Assembly (NCBI RefSeq): GCF_003334785.1
Contig: NZ_QOWV01000001.1
Direction: 5' to 3' (one strand)
Length of the DNA stretch: 64,000 nucleotides
Origin: Escherichia coli
GTDB taxonomy: Bacteria > Pseudomonadota > Gammaproteobacteria > Enterobacterales > Enterobacteriaceae
Shown here: positions 22,414 through 34,657 of the stretch, one piece after another
How positions within the stretch are numbered: position 1 is the first letter of the stretch
Layout of the letters: every line of letters begins with the position of its first letter
The notes under the pieces: generated by a model
Database searches by the model: none
What the model saw: only the letters and a program-made list of their open reading frames with translations
What the model was told of the DNA's origin: nothing
Position numbers and translations under genes: made by a program

Positions 22414-24356
22414 CGCCTTTGCTCGAATTAAAGGATATTCGTCGCAGCTATCCTGCCGGTGATGAGCAGGTTGAGGTGCTGAAGGGCATCAGCCTCGATA
22501 TTTATGCGGGTGAGATGGTCGCGATTGTTGGCGCTTCGGGTTCCGGTAAATCGACCCTGATGAATATTCTCGGCTGTCTGGATAAGGCCACCAGCGGCAC
22601 CTATCGCGTCGCCGGTCAGGATGTTGCCACGCTGGACGCCGATGCGCTGGCGCAACTGCGCCGCGAGCATTTCGGCTTTATTTTCCAGCGTTACCATTTG
22701 CTTTCGCATTTAACCGCCGAGCAGAACGTTGAAGTACCCGCCGTCTATGCTGGTCTTGAGCGGAAACAGCGACTGCTTCGTGCCCAGGAGTTGCTGCAAC
22801 GGCTGGGGCTGGAAGACCGTACAGAGTATTATCCGGCACAGCTTTCGGGTGGTCAGCAACAGCGCGTCAGCATCGCGCGGGCATTGATGAACGGTGGTCA
22901 GGTAATTCTTGCCGATGAACCAACCGGCGCACTGGACAGCCATTCTGGCGAAGAGGTGATGGCGATCCTGCATCAGCTGCGCGATCGTGGGCATACGGTG
23001 ATTATCGTCACCCACGATCCGCAGGTCGCTGCTCAGGCCGAGCGGGTGATCGAAATTCGCGACGGCGAAATTGTGCGCAATCCTCCCGCCATTGAAAAAG
23101 TGAATGTTACTGGCGGGACGGAACCTGTTGTCAACACGGTGTCTGGCTGGCGGCAGTTTGTCAGCGGTTTTAACGAGGCGCTGACGATGGCATGGCGGGC
23201 GCTGGCAGCGAATAAAATGCGTACTTTACTGACCATGCTGGGGATTATTATCGGTATTGCGTCGGTGGTTTCCATTGTCGTGGTGGGTGACGCCGCCAAA
23301 CAAATGGTGCTGGCGGATATTCGTTCTATTGGTACGAATACTATTGATGTCTATCCCGGGAAAGATTTTGGCGATGACGATCCGCAATATCAGCAGGCGC
23401 TGAAGTACGACGACTTAATCGCCATCCAAAAACAACCGTGGGTCGCCTCAGCCACACCTGCCGTCTCGCAAAACCTGCGCCTGCGTTATAACAATGTTGA
23501 TGTTGCTGCCAGTGCCAATGGCGTGAGCGGCGATTATTTTAATGTCTATGGCATGACCTTCAGTGAAGGAAACACCTTTAATCAGGAGCAGCTGAACGGT
23601 CGTGCGCAGGTCGTGGTTCTCGACAGTAATACTCGCCGCCAGCTTTTCCCCCATAAAGCAGATGTGGTTGGCGAGGTGATTCTGGTCGGCAATATGCCCG
23701 CCAGAGTCATTGGTGTGGCGGAAGAAAAACAGTCGATGTTTGGTAGCAGTAAAGTGCTGCGTGTCTGGCTACCTTACAGCACGATGTCCGGGCGAGTTAT
23801 GGGCCAGTCGTGGCTTAACTCCATTACTGTCAGGGTGAAAGAAGGATTTGACAGCGCCGAGGCGGAACAGCAACTCACGCGTTTACTTTCACTGCGCCAC
23901 GGAAAGAAGGATTTCTTTACCTGGAACATGGACGGCGTCTTGAAAACTGTTGAAAAGACCACACGTACTTTACAACTGTTTCTGACGCTGGTGGCGGTGA
24001 TTTCGCTGGTGGTGGGCGGTATTGGTGTAATGAATATTATGCTGGTGTCAGTGACCGAGCGGACGCGGGAAATTGGCATTCGCATGGCTGTAGGTGCGCG
24101 AGCAAGCGATGTTTTGCAACAGTTCCTGATCGAAGCCGTACTGGTTTGCCTGGTCGGTGGCGCGTTGGGAATAACACTGTCACTGTTAATTGCTTTCACC
24201 TTGCAGCTTTTCTTACCCGGCTGGGAGATTGGTTTTTCACCGTTGGCGCTGCTGCTGGCGTTTCTCTGCTCGACGGTCACCGGGATTTTATTTGGCTGGT
24301 TACCCGCACGAAATGCGGCACGACTGGATCCAGTAGATGCTCTGGCACGAGAGTAA
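22410..24356 (+). CDS. macB: macrolide ABC exporter ATPase/permease MacB
   Basis: 648 aa; Walker [13 protein letters not shown] signature [16 protein letters not shown]-terminal FtsX-like permease domain. Confidence 0.95.
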   Translation: MTPLLELKDIRRSYPAGDEQVEVLKGISLDIYAGEMVAIVGASGSGKSTLMNILGCLDKATSGTYRVAGQDVATLDADALAQLRREHFGFIFQRYHLLSHLTAEQNVEVPAVYAGLERKQRLLRAQELLQRLGLEDRTEYYPAQLSGGQQQRVSIARALMNGGQVILADEPTGALDSHSGEEVMAILHQLRDRGHTVIIVTHDPQVAAQAERVIEIRDGEIVRNPPAIEKVNVTGGTEPVVNTVSGWRQFVSGFNEALTMAWRALAANKMRTLLTMLGIIIGIASVVSIVVVGDAAKQMVLADIRSIGTNTIDVYPGKDFGDDDPQYQQALKYDDLIAIQKQPWVASATPAVSQNLRLRYNNVDVAASANGVSGDYFNVYGMTFSEGNTFNQEQLNGRAQVVVLDSNTRRQLFPHKADVVGEVILVGNMPARVIGVAEEKQSMFGSSKVLRVWLPYSTMSGRVMGQSWLNSITVRVKEGFDSAEAEQQLTRLLSLRHGKKDFFTWNMDGVLKTVEKTTRTLQLFLTLVAVISLVVGGIGVMNIMLVSVTERTREIGIRMAVGARASDVLQQFLIEAVLVCLVGGALGITLSLLIAFTLQLFLPGWEIGFSPLALLLAFLCSTVTGILFGWLPARNAARLDPVDALARE

Positions 24357-24428
24357 TTTTTGAGATAAAAATGCCAGCCGATCGGGCTGGCATTTTGCCT
24401 TTAGGATGTACACAATGAGACAGAAGAG

Positions 24429-24653
24429 CTATGCGACTGCCGCTTCTACTTCGACGGGCACAATAACACTGGCGTGATTGCCTTTTGGCCCCTGGTGGAC
24501 ATCAAACTGAACGGATTGTCCAGCTTTTAGCGTTCTGTAACCATCCATCTGAATGGTGGAATAATGAGCGAAAATATCTTCGCCGCCGCCTTCAGGGCAG
24601 ATGAAACCAAACCCTTTGGCATTGTTGAACCACTTAACAGTACCCTTTTCCAT
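24429..24653 (-). CDS. cspD: cold-shock-like protein CspD
   Basis: 74 aa from MEKGTVKWFNNAKGFGFI (CSD RNP motifs). Confidence 0.9.
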   Translation of the reverse strand: MEKGTVKWFNNAKGFGFICPEGGGEDIFAHYSTIQMDGYRTLKAGQSVQFDVHQGPKGNHASVIVPVEVEAAVA

Positions 24654-24975
24654 GCTTCGACATCCTTCGCAAATCTTATACAAGTAAGATGGAATAAACC
24701 GGGGTCAGAGAGGGGGCTGTTCAAAACCTCGCCAACTCTAGAAATACAATTTAGAGAATTAGGGCGAGCCGTCAAGCATTTGACAGGGGACAAGGGGCAG
24801 GTATGAATCAAAAATTTGAAGCAGTTAACGCTATTGACAGGAATGTGACAGATGTCGCTGATGCCAACGATAGATGATAGTTATCTATCATGTGGAGTAG
24901 ATTGGTCAGGCAAATAAGCTCTTGTCAGCGGCAGGGCGTTCTGCCGATAACCGTAACCGAAGATGATAACTGACA

Positions 24976-25296
24976 ATGGGTAAAACGAACGACTGGCTGG
25001 ACTTTGATCAACTGGCGGAAGAAAAAGTTCGCGACGCGCTAAAACCGCCATCTATGTATAAAGTGATATTAGTCAATGATGATTACACTCCGATGGAGTT
25101 TGTTATTGACGTGTTACAAAAATTCTTTTCTTATGATGTAGAACGTGCAACGCAATTGATGCTCGCTGTTCACTACCAGGGGAAGGCCATTTGCGGAGTC
25201 TTTACCGCCGAGGTTGCAGAAACCAAAGTGGCGATGGTGAACAAGTACGCGAGGGAGAATGAGCATCCATTGCTGTGTACGCTAGAAAAAGCCTGA
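24976..25296 (+). CDS. clpS: ClpA adaptor protein ClpS
   Basis: 106-aa ORF immediately upstream of clpA. Confidence 0.95.
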
Positions 25297-25326
25297 ATGC
25301 AGGCATAAAAATTGGGGGAGGTGCCT

Positions 25327-27603
25327 ATGCTCAATCAAGAACTGGAACTCAGTTTAAATATGGCTTTCGCCAGAGCGCGCGAGCACCGTCATGAGTTTAT
25401 GACCGTCGAGCACTTGTTACTGGCGCTGCTCAGTAACCCATCTGCCCGGGAGGCGCTGGAAGCGTGTTCTGTGGATTTGGTTGCGCTCCGTCAGGAACTG
25501 GAAGCCTTTATTGAACAAACCACACCCGTTCTGCCTGCCAGTGAAGAGGAGCGCGACACACAGCCGACGCTGAGTTTTCAGCGTGTACTGCAACGTGCGG
25601 TCTTCCATGTCCAGTCCTCCGGTCGCAATGAGGTTACCGGTGCAAACGTTCTGGTCGCTATCTTTAGCGAACAGGAGTCGCAGGCGGCATATCTGTTGCG
25701 TAAACATGAAGTCAGCCGTCTCGATGTGGTGAACTTTATCTCTCATGGCACGCGTAAAGACGAGCCGACACAGTCTTCTGATCCTGGCAGCCAGCCAAAC
25801 AGCGAAGAACAAGCTGGTGGGGAGGAACGTATGGAGAATTTCACGACGAACCTGAATCAGCTTGCGCGCGTGGGCGGAATCGACCCACTGATTGGTCGTG
25901 AGAAGGAGCTGGAGCGTGCTATTCAGGTTCTCTGCCGTCGCCGTAAAAACAACCCGCTGCTGGTGGGGGAATCTGGTGTCGGTAAAACCGCGATTGCGGA
26001 AGGTCTTGCCTGGCGAATTGTTCAGGGCGATGTGCCGGAAGTGATGGCTGACTGTACGATTTACTCTCTCGATATCGGTTCTCTGTTAGCGGGCACAAAA
26101 TATCGCGGCGACTTTGAAAAACGTTTTAAAGCGTTGCTCAAGCAGCTGGAGCAGGACACTAACAGCATCCTGTTTATTGATGAGATCCACACCATTATCG
26201 GTGCGGGTGCAGCGTCTGGTGGTCAGGTCGATGCGGCTAACCTAATCAAACCGTTGCTCTCCAGCGGTAAAATTCGTGTAATTGGTTCGACAACCTATCA
26301 GGAGTTCAGCAACATTTTCGAGAAAGACCGTGCTCTGGCGCGTCGCTTCCAGAAAATTGATATTACTGAACCGTCGATCGAAGAAACTGTTCAAATCATC
26401 AATGGCCTGAAACCGAAGTATGAAGCGCACCACGACGTGCGTTATACCGCAAAAGCGGTGCGTGCGGCGGTAGAGCTGGCGGTGAAATACATTAACGATC
26501 GTCATCTGCCGGATAAAGCCATTGATGTTATCGACGAAGCGGGCGCTCGCGCACGCCTGATGCCGGTAAGCAAACGCAAGAAAACCGTTAATGTGGCGGA
26601 TATTGAGTCCGTGGTGGCCCGTATTGCACGCATTCCAGAGAAGAGTGTTTCTCAGAGTGATCGTGATACCCTGAAAAACCTCGGCGATCGCTTGAAAATG
26701 CTGGTCTTCGGTCAGGATAAAGCCATTGAGGCGCTGACTGAAGCCATTAAGATGGCGCGTGCAGGTTTAGGTCACGAACATAAACCGGTTGGTTCGTTCC
26801 TGTTTGCCGGCCCTACCGGGGTCGGGAAAACAGAGGTGACGGTACAGCTTTCGAAAGCTTTGGGCATTGAGCTTCTGCGCTTTGATATGTCCGAGTATAT
26901 GGAACGCCATACCGTCAGCCGTCTTATTGGTGCGCCTCCGGGATACGTTGGTTTTGATCAGGGCGGTTTGCTGACTGATGCGGTCATCAAGCATCCACAT
27001 GCGGTGCTGCTGCTGGACGAAATCGAGAAAGCGCACCCGGACGTGTTCAATATTCTGTTGCAGGTGATGGATAACGGTACGCTGACCGATAACAACGGAC
27101 GCAAAGCAGACTTCCGTAACGTGGTGCTGGTGATGACCACCAACGCCGGGGTACGGGAAACTGAGCGCAAATCCATTGGTCTTATCCACCAGGATAACAG
27201 CACCGATGCGATGGAAGAGATCAAGAAGATCTTTACACCGGAATTCCGTAACCGTCTCGACAACATTATCTGGTTTGATCATCTGTCAACCGACGTGATC
27301 CATCAGGTGGTGGATAAATTCATCGTCGAGTTGCAGGTTCAGCTGGATCAGAAAGGTGTTTCTCTGGAAGTGAGCCAGGAAGCGCGTAACTGGCTGGCCG
27401 AGAAAGGTTACGACCGGGCAATGGGCGCTCGTCCGATGGCGCGTGTCATCCAGGACAACCTGAAAAAACCGCTCGCCAACGAACTGCTGTTTGGTTCGCT
27501 GGTGGACGGCGGTCAGGTCACCGTCGCGCTGGATAAAGAGAAAAATGAGCTGACTTACGGATTCCAGAGTGCACAAAAGCACAAGGCGGAAGCAGCGCAT
27601 TAA
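25327..27603 (+). CDS. clpA: ATP-dependent Clp protease ATP-binding subunit ClpA
   Basis: 758 aa; two AAA+ modules with P-loops GESGVGKT and GPTGVGKT. Confidence 0.95.
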   Translation: MLNQELELSLNMAFARAREHRHEFMTVEHLLLALLSNPSAREALEACSVDLVALRQELEAFIEQTTPVLPASEEERDTQPTLSFQRVLQRAVFHVQSSGRNEVTGANVLVAIFSEQESQAAYLLRKHEVSRLDVVNFISHGTRKDEPTQSSDPGSQPNSEEQAGGEERMENFTTNLNQLARVGGIDPLIGREKELERAIQVLCRRRKNNPLLVGESGVGKTAIAEGLAWRIVQGDVPEVMADCTIYSLDIGSLLAGTKYRGDFEKRFKALLKQLEQDTNSILFIDEIHTIIGAGAASGGQVDAANLIKPLLSSGKIRVIGSTTYQEFSNIFEKDRALARRFQKIDITEPSIEETVQIINGLKPKYEAHHDVRYTAKAVRAAVELAVKYINDRHLPDKAIDVIDEAGARARLMPVSKRKKTVNVADIESVVARIARIPEKSVSQSDRDTLKNLGDRLKMLVFGQDKAIEALTEAIKMARAGLGHEHKPVGSFLFAGPTGVGKTEVTVQLSKALGIELLRFDMSEYMERHTVSRLIGAPPGYVGFDQGGLLTDAVIKHPHAVLLLDEIEKAHPDVFNILLQVMDNGTLTDNNGRKADFRNVVLVMTTNAGVRETERKSIGLIHQDNSTDAMEEIKKIFTPEFRNRLDNIIWFDHLSTDVIHQVVDKFIVELQVQLDQKGVSLEVSQEARNWLAEKGYDRAMGARPMARVIQDNLKKPLANELLFGSLVDGGQVTVALDKEKNELTYGFQSAQKHKAEAAH

Positions 27604-27627
27604 TCTGATTGTTAGGTAGGTTGGTCA

Positions 27628-27666
27628 AGTCCGTAATCTCGAAAGAGGTTACGGACTTTTTGTTTA
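27628..27666 (+). terminator. rho-independent terminator of clpA
   Basis: agtccgtaa-tctcgaaagagg-ttacggact stem followed by ttttt. Confidence 0.7.
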
Positions 27667-27815
27667 TGGGGTGGAGGAGGTTCAGACCCTTTTTTTAATG
27701 ATGATGGTAAGTTGTTGATAATTAGTGCTGCGGGAAGGTAAGGATAAAAAAGGGTGCTGCAGGAGAATGGGATGGTTTTGCTTTATTAACAACGGGCTAA
27801 ACGTGTAGTATTTGA

Positions 27816-27903
27816 GTTCACTGCCGTACAGGCAGCTTAGAAATTCACAGGTAACATACTCCACCCGCCCACCATGTTCACTGCCGTACAGACAGATAAA
27901 ATG
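27816..27903 (+). CRISPR. orphan type I-F CRISPR remnant (repeat-spacer-degenerate repeat)
   Basis: 28-bp repeat gttcactgccgtacaggcagcttagaaa at 27816-27843, 32-bp spacer at 27844-27875, second repeat 27876-27903 identical at 22/28 positions; no cas genes in window. Confidence 0.8.
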
Positions 27904-27905
27904 CG

Positions 27906-27934
27906 AAAAAAAAGCTCGCACTTTCGTACGAGCT
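27906..27934 (-). terminator. rho-independent terminator downstream of serW
   Basis: agctcg...cgagct stem followed by an 8-nt U-run on the minus strand. Confidence 0.55.
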
Positions 27935-27946
27935 CTTCTTTAAATA

Positions 27947-28034
27947 TGGCGGTGAGGGGGGGATTCGAACCCCCGATACGTTGCCGTATACACACTTTCC
28001 AGGCGTGCTCCTTCAGCCACTCGGACACCTCACC
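27947..28034 (-). tRNA. serW: tRNA-Ser (anticodon GGA)
   Basis: 88-nt sequence whose reverse complement starts GGTGAGGTGTCCGAG and ends CACCGCCA with a long variable arm; anticodon loop CUGGAAA. Confidence 0.95.
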
Positions 28035-28077
28035 AAATTGTTTTGCTACCAAACCTCATGGGTGGCAACGGGGCGCT

Positions 28078-28106
28078 ACTATAGGGAGTTGGAGTAAAAC
28101 GGTCAA
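28078..28106 (-). promoter_or_regulatory. candidate sigma70 promoter of serW
   Basis: minus-strand TTGACC (-35) and TATAGT (-10) spaced 17 bp, followed by a GC-rich discriminator, about 45 nt upstream of the tRNA 5' end. Confidence 0.4.
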
Positions 28107-28221
28107 GAAGAATTTTAATGATAATTATTGTTTGCTCATACTGTAAACAAGTTGTGCAGTATATCTACATCGAGACAAGTTACGGACTTATACTTCCAAA
28201 GTACTTCATACATATCACAAA

Positions 28222-28249
28222 ATAAAAAGGCCGGTTAAACCGACCTTTT
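28222..28249 (-). terminator. rho-independent terminator downstream of infA
   Basis: ggtcggtt-taa-aaccggcc stem (one G-U pair) followed by a U-run on the minus strand. Confidence 0.6.
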
Positions 28250-28287
28250 ACTCGTTCTTTCTCTTCGCCCATCAGGCGGTAAAACAA

Positions 28288-28509
<222 letters not shown>

Positions 28510-28790
28510 ATCCTCTGGGGTATCACTACCGTAATTTGAACCGGCAAGATAATGCCGAAGTTCTGTAAATAAGTAAAGATTTGCGCGCTAAATCGCAACA
28601 AACAGGTTCGGCACATTACTCCGAAAACACACGGCTAAGCCGCACCAAAAGCGCAACGTATAAGGGAGCGGTGAGATAAACGATGGGCGTTACCTGACGC
28701 GAAAAATTCCTTATCGGCAGCGGGGTAATGAGCGTAACCAACTCTGCGACCGCAATTATAACACTCTGGGGAGAAATGTGCCGAAAACAT

Positions 28791-29495
28791 TCATTCTTGT
28801 GGTGAAAACAAGCATCGTGGTACCCAGAAATTATTCGGCAATCGTCCGAGGCGCATTTGATTGAGATAATTAAGGTAATCCCGGCGGGGAATTTCGCAGG
28901 CACCAAGCGATGCTGTGTGATCGTTAAGGACCTGGCAGTCGATAAGCTTACCGCCATGACCGATAAATTCCTCACAGAATACCAGAAGCGCCGTTTTAGA
29001 CGCATTTTCCATCCGGCTGAACATGGACTCGCCACAAAATAGCGTTCCCTGGGCCACGCCGTACATACCGCCGACAAGCTCATCTTCACGCCAGACTTCA
29101 ATGGAGTGGGCATGGCCGAGTTCGTGAAGGCGATGGTAGGCTTCGACCACGCCACGCGTGATCCAGGTTCCTTCTTCGCGATCGCTGGCACAGCCTTCAA
29201 TGACCTGACCAAAAGCGTAATTCATCGTGACACGATAGGGCGAGCGTTTATGAAATCGCTTCATACTACGGCTGATATGCAGTGATTCTGGCCATAGCAC
29301 CGCGCGGGGATCGGGCGACCACCAGAGGATGGGGTCGCCTGGAGAAAACCACGGAAAAATACCACGCTGGTAAGCCATTAACAGGCGCGCAGGGCTAAGA
29401 TCGCCCCCAAGTGCCAGCAGGCCGTTAGGCTCACGTAATGCGCCTTCCGGGGAAGGGAAGGCTATTGAATGGCGAGAAAGCTGAACCAGGCGCAT
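28791..29495 (-). CDS. aat: leucyl/phenylalanyl-tRNA--protein transferase
   Basis: 234-aa ORF in the conserved position between infA and cydC. Confidence 0.95.
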
Positions 29496-29536
29496 GACCG
29501 CAAAACTCCACGCAAGTCGGATCGTTCAATAATAGC

Positions 29537-31258
29537 TTACAAACCCTGCTTGAACTGGTAATAACGCCCCTGTCTGGCAAGCAGTTCTGCGTGAGTACCT
29601 TGCTCAATAATTTGCCCGTTGTCCATCACTATTATTTGTTGGAAACGAGAGAGTCCGCGAAGTCGATGGGTGACCATTAACACCGTTTTCTCACGCATCA
29701 TTTCTGCAAGCAATTCAAGGATCTGGCTTTCGGTTGTGGCATCTAAGCCTTCGGTAGGTTCATCCAGCAACACCAGTGGCGCATCATGTAACAGCGCACG
29801 GGCGATAGCCAGACGGCGCAGTTCACCACCGGAGAGCTGGCGTCCGCCTTCACCTAACCAACTGTTGAGACCTGCATCCTCGAGCAGCTTTTCCAGGCCA
29901 ACGCGACGCAAGATCTCCGACAGAGCCTCATCACTACTGCCAGGCGAGGCGAGTAAAAGATTATCACGCAGCGTGGCGCTAAACAGATGCACTCGCTGAG
30001 GAACAACGCTGATGGTCTGTCGTAGAGCCGCTTCATTCAGGCTGGCTATGGGGCTATCGTTAAGCAAAATCTCGCCCTGTTGCGGGTCCCATGCGCGGGT
30101 CAGCAGTTGTAACAGTGTTGATTTGCCGCATCCGGTTCGCCCGAGAATCGCTATATGTTCCCCGGCGTTTACCTGAAGAGAAATCCCTTTAAGTGCCTGT
30201 TGAGATTGCTCCGGATAAGTGAACTGAACATCCCGTAACGTCAGCGAAACGCGATCGGCAACACGAGTTTGGGTATCAGGAAAGGTGACCTCCGGTTTTT
30301 GATCCGTTAAGTCAGAGATACGTACGGCAGAGGCAATGACTTGCCCCAGATGCTGAAATGCACCCGTTACTGGTGCCAGTGCTTCAAACGCGGCTAACGC
30401 GCAGAAGACAAACAGGGCAATTAACGCGCCGGGTTGAGCATTGCCGCCAACGCCGCCAGACGCCATCCACAGCATCAGGATCACCGCTAACGCGCCAATG
30501 AGCAGCATTATCGCTTGCGACAATGCGGTCAGTTCAGATTGACGGCGTTGCGCTTCCAGCCATTGAATTTCTGTATTCTCTAGTTGCGTGCGATAACGAT
30601 CGCTGGCACCAAAAATGGTCAGCTCAGCTTGCCCTTGCAGCCAGGCCGTCAGTTGTTGGCGATACTGTCCGCGAAGATGAGTCAGATTTTGCCCGGTGCT
30701 TTTTCCCGCACGATAAAACAGCGGTGGCATCAGGAAAAGCGTCAGTAACATAATGCCGCCCAGCGTAAAGGCGAGGGTGAAATCAAGGAAACTTAACCCG
30801 ATTGTCACCACCATAATCACCACAAAAGCGCCCACCAGCGGCGAGATAACGCGCAGGTAAAGATGATCGAGCGTATCAACATCCGCCACCACGCGATTGA
30901 GCAATTCGCCCTGACGATAGCGCGCCAGTCCGGCAGGGGAGAGGGGCAGCAATTTGCTGAAGGTGTAAATGCGCAGATGCTGCAACACGCGGAAAGTCGC
31001 GTCGTGACTTACCAGACGTTCAAAATAGCGCCCGGCAGTACGGGTGATTGCTGCGCCACGCACGCCCGCAGCGGGTAGCATATAGTTGAAGCTGTACAGT
31101 CCGGCAACCCCCGCAACCGCTGAGGCCGAGAGGAACCAGCCGGAAAGTGTCAACAGACCGATACTGGCGAGCAGCGTCACAATTGCCAGCACAATACCAA
31201 GACTTAACATCCATTTATGACGTTTATACAGTGCCAGATAGGGTAGCAAAGCGTGCAT
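29537..31258 (-). CDS. cydC: cysteine/glutathione ABC exporter subunit CydC
   Basis: 573 aa; TM domain plus ABC ATPase (GRTGCGKST, LSGGELRRLAIARAL). Confidence 0.95.
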   Translation of the reverse strand: MHALLPYLALYKRHKWMLSLGIVLAIVTLLASIGLLTLSGWFLSASAVAGVAGLYSFNYMLPAAGVRGAAITRTAGRYFERLVSHDATFRVLQHLRIYTFSKLLPLSPAGLARYRQGELLNRVVADVDTLDHLYLRVISPLVGAFVVIMVVTIGLSFLDFTLAFTLGGIMLLTLFLMPPLFYRAGKSTGQNLTHLRGQYRQQLTAWLQGQAELTIFGASDRYRTQLENTEIQWLEAQRRQSELTALSQAIMLLIGALAVILMLWMASGGVGGNAQPGALIALFVFCALAAFEALAPVTGAFQHLGQVIASAVRISDLTDQKPEVTFPDTQTRVADRVSLTLRDVQFTYPEQSQQALKGISLQVNAGEHIAILGRTGCGKSTLLQLLTRAWDPQQGEILLNDSPIASLNEAALRQTISVVPQRVHLFSATLRDNLLLASPGSSDEALSEILRRVGLEKLLEDAGLNSWLGEGGRQLSGGELRRLAIARALLHDAPLVLLDEPTEGLDATTESQILELLAEMMREKTVLMVTHRLRGLSRFQQIIVMDNGQIIEQGTHAELLARQGRYYQFKQGL

Positions 31259-33025
31259 TTAAATCTCCTCCTGACGATGGGCCAGTAATGTGGCGAATGG
31301 GCCACCAGCCACACTTAATTCCGCGTAACGTCCTTGCTCAATAATCCGGCCATCCTGCATAACCCAAATGACATCCCAGTCAGCAAGATCTTCTAACTGG
31401 TGGGTGACCATTAACGTTGTCTGGCGCAGAGAGGCGGCATTCAGCGCCTCCATTACGCGCTGTTCACTGTGAGCATCAAGGCTGGCAGCGGGTTCATCCA
31501 ACAGTAATAGCGAACAGGGATTTAGTAACGCACGGGCCACCGCCACGCGCTGCGCCTGCCCCACGGAAAGGCGGGCAGCCTGGTCGCCAACAGGCGTATC
31601 AACGCCTTGTGGGAGGAGCGGTAGAAACTCGCTGACCCAGGCGTTATCCAGCGCTGCTTGTAATTCTTGTTCGCTGGCATCAGGTCGCGCCAGTAGTACG
31701 TTATCCCGCAATGTTGCTGCCGGTAATTGTGGGTTTTGCCCAACCCAGGAGAGATGTTTACGCCATGATTCTGGTGATAAATCGCGTAATTCTATCCCGT
31801 TGATTCGTAGCGATCCCTGATATGAGAGAAAACCAGAAAGCGCGTTCAGCAGTGAGCTTTTACCTGAACCGCTGCGACCAACCAACACCGCACGTTGGCC
31901 TGCTGGCAAAGTAAAGTTCAGCGGTCCGGCCAGCGTTTTACCTTCCGGCGACGTGATAAACAGCTCCTCGGCCTCAATGGTCACCGGATCGGTCGATGCT
32001 AATTCCGCCTCACCACGTTGCGGATGGGCGAGCGGGGTTTCCATAAACGTTTTCAGACTGTCAGCTGCGCCAACAGCCTGGGCTTTAGCATGATAAAACG
32101 TACCGAGATCGCGTAATGGCTGGAAAAACTCTGGCGCAAGGATCAGGGCCAGAAAACCCGCAGCCAGCGTCACACCGGTATCGTAGTGACCAAAATCCAG
32201 CTCGCCGAGATAGGAAAAACCAAAGTAGACCGCCACCAGAGCAATTGACAGCGAGGTAAAAAATTCGAGAATGCCGGAGGATAAAAACGCCAGCCGTAGC
32301 ACTTCCATTGTCCGTTGGCGGAAATCTTCCGAAGCAGAACGAATACTTTCAATTTCAGCTTCACCACGACCAAAAATACGCAATGTTTCCATGCCGCGCA
32401 GGCGATCGAGGAAATGCCCACTTAAGCGAGCAAGAGCGAGAAAGTTACGTCGGTTAGCATCGGCAGCCCCCATTCCAACCAGCGCCATAAACAACGGAAT
32501 TAACGGTGCAGTGCCCAGCAGAATGAGCGCCGCAGCCCAGTTAGAGGGGAAGATTGCCACCACAATCAGCAACGGCACCGACACTGCCAGCGCCATTTGC
32601 GGCAGATAGCGTGCATAGTAATCATGCATATCGTCAATTTGCTCGAGTACCAGCGTCGCCCAGCTCCCCGCAGGTTTACCCTGAATCCACGCTGGCCCTG
32701 CTTGTTGCAGACGGTCGAGAACCTGACGGCGGATGGCAAAGCGGATATGCTGCCCGGCGTGATAACCCACCCGTTCGCGTAACCAGACCACCCATGCGCG
32801 CAGTACAAAGGTCAGAACCAGTAACGTAAAGGGAAGCAGCAGGGCTTCACGGGGAATATTCTCCATAATCATATGTTGCAGAATTCGCGCCATGAACCAG
32901 GCCTGGGCAATGATCAATATGCCGCTCACAAAGCCCAGCAGACGAGAAATATTCAGCCAACGTTGGGAGATGACGCTTTGCTGTTTTAACCAGCGGGTTA
33001 ACTCTTTTTGACGAGATTTATTCAT
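31259..33025 (-). CDS. cydD: cysteine/glutathione ABC exporter subunit CydD
   Basis: 588 aa; TM domain plus ABC ATPase (GRSGSGKSS); directly abuts cydC. Confidence 0.95.
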   Translation of the reverse strand: MNKSRQKELTRWLKQQSVISQRWLNISRLLGFVSGILIIAQAWFMARILQHMIMENIPREALLLPFTLLVLTFVLRAWVVWLRERVGYHAGQHIRFAIRRQVLDRLQQAGPAWIQGKPAGSWATLVLEQIDDMHDYYARYLPQMALAVSVPLLIVVAIFPSNWAAALILLGTAPLIPLFMALVGMGAADANRRNFLALARLSGHFLDRLRGMETLRIFGRGEAEIESIRSASEDFRQRTMEVLRLAFLSSGILEFFTSLSIALVAVYFGFSYLGELDFGHYDTGVTLAAGFLALILAPEFFQPLRDLGTFYHAKAQAVGAADSLKTFMETPLAHPQRGEAELASTDPVTIEAEELFITSPEGKTLAGPLNFTLPAGQRAVLVGRSGSGKSSLLNALSGFLSYQGSLRINGIELRDLSPESWRKHLSWVGQNPQLPAATLRDNVLLARPDASEQELQAALDNAWVSEFLPLLPQGVDTPVGDQAARLSVGQAQRVAVARALLNPCSLLLLDEPAASLDAHSEQRVMEALNAASLRQTTLMVTHQLEDLADWDVIWVMQDGRIIEQGRYAELSVAGGPFATLLAHRQEEI

Positions 33026-33071
33026 TGCACGCTTAGCAGGTGAGTTATCAGAATTATTTGCAGAGCAATGT

Positions 33072-33109
33072 TACAACGGGGAAAAAATAAAGGCGACCCA
33101 TAGTCGCAT
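33072..33109 (-). terminator. rho-independent terminator downstream of trxB
   Basis: aggcgac...gtcgcct stem followed by a U-run on the minus strand. Confidence 0.6.
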
Positions 33110-33147
33110 GGTGTCGCCTTCTTTACTTTTGTTACTGATTTGTAAAA

Positions 33148-34230
<1,083 letters not shown>

Positions 34231-34657
34231 TCAAATTCTCCCGTCATTATCACCTCTGCTACTTAAATTTCCCGCTTTATAAGCCGATTAAATGATGAAT
34301 AAACGCCCCTGTTAATGAATATCTGGCATGTTGTACTAAAAATCGATGTTTTGCTTTGACAATCCCCTGGTGTTTTGCGAAAACATTCGAGGAAGAAAAA
34401 AAACAGTATTCTTATATGCGCATAACCATGCATGTAAATACCATGTTTACCGTGCTAGTGAAATCTACGTATGGCGTGGACAGACGCCATTCGTGATGTC
34501 GATAGCTGCCACAAGGCAACGGTCTTCTCACCGTAGACCCAGGCATTGCGCGCCGTGAATCTTCATGATTTCGGTCTATCGTGACGGGTAGCGACTCTGA
34601 ACAGTGATGTTTCAGGGTCAGACAGGAGTAGGGAAGGAATACAGAGAGACAATAATA

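Noticed and set aside
27682-28146. Three overlapping ORFs from the six-frame track (27682-27921 minus, 27837-28052 minus, 27874-28146 plus) across the CRISPR remnant and serW
   Set aside because: They are read through CRISPR repeats and the tRNA-Ser gene; the frames are open by chance, with no ribosome-binding site context, and the non-coding features explain the region fully.
27604-28287. Possibility of an active CRISPR-Cas system at the clpA-infA locus
   Set aside because: Only one spacer with a decayed terminal repeat is present, and the whole interval is too short to encode cas genes. It is a remnant, not a functional system.
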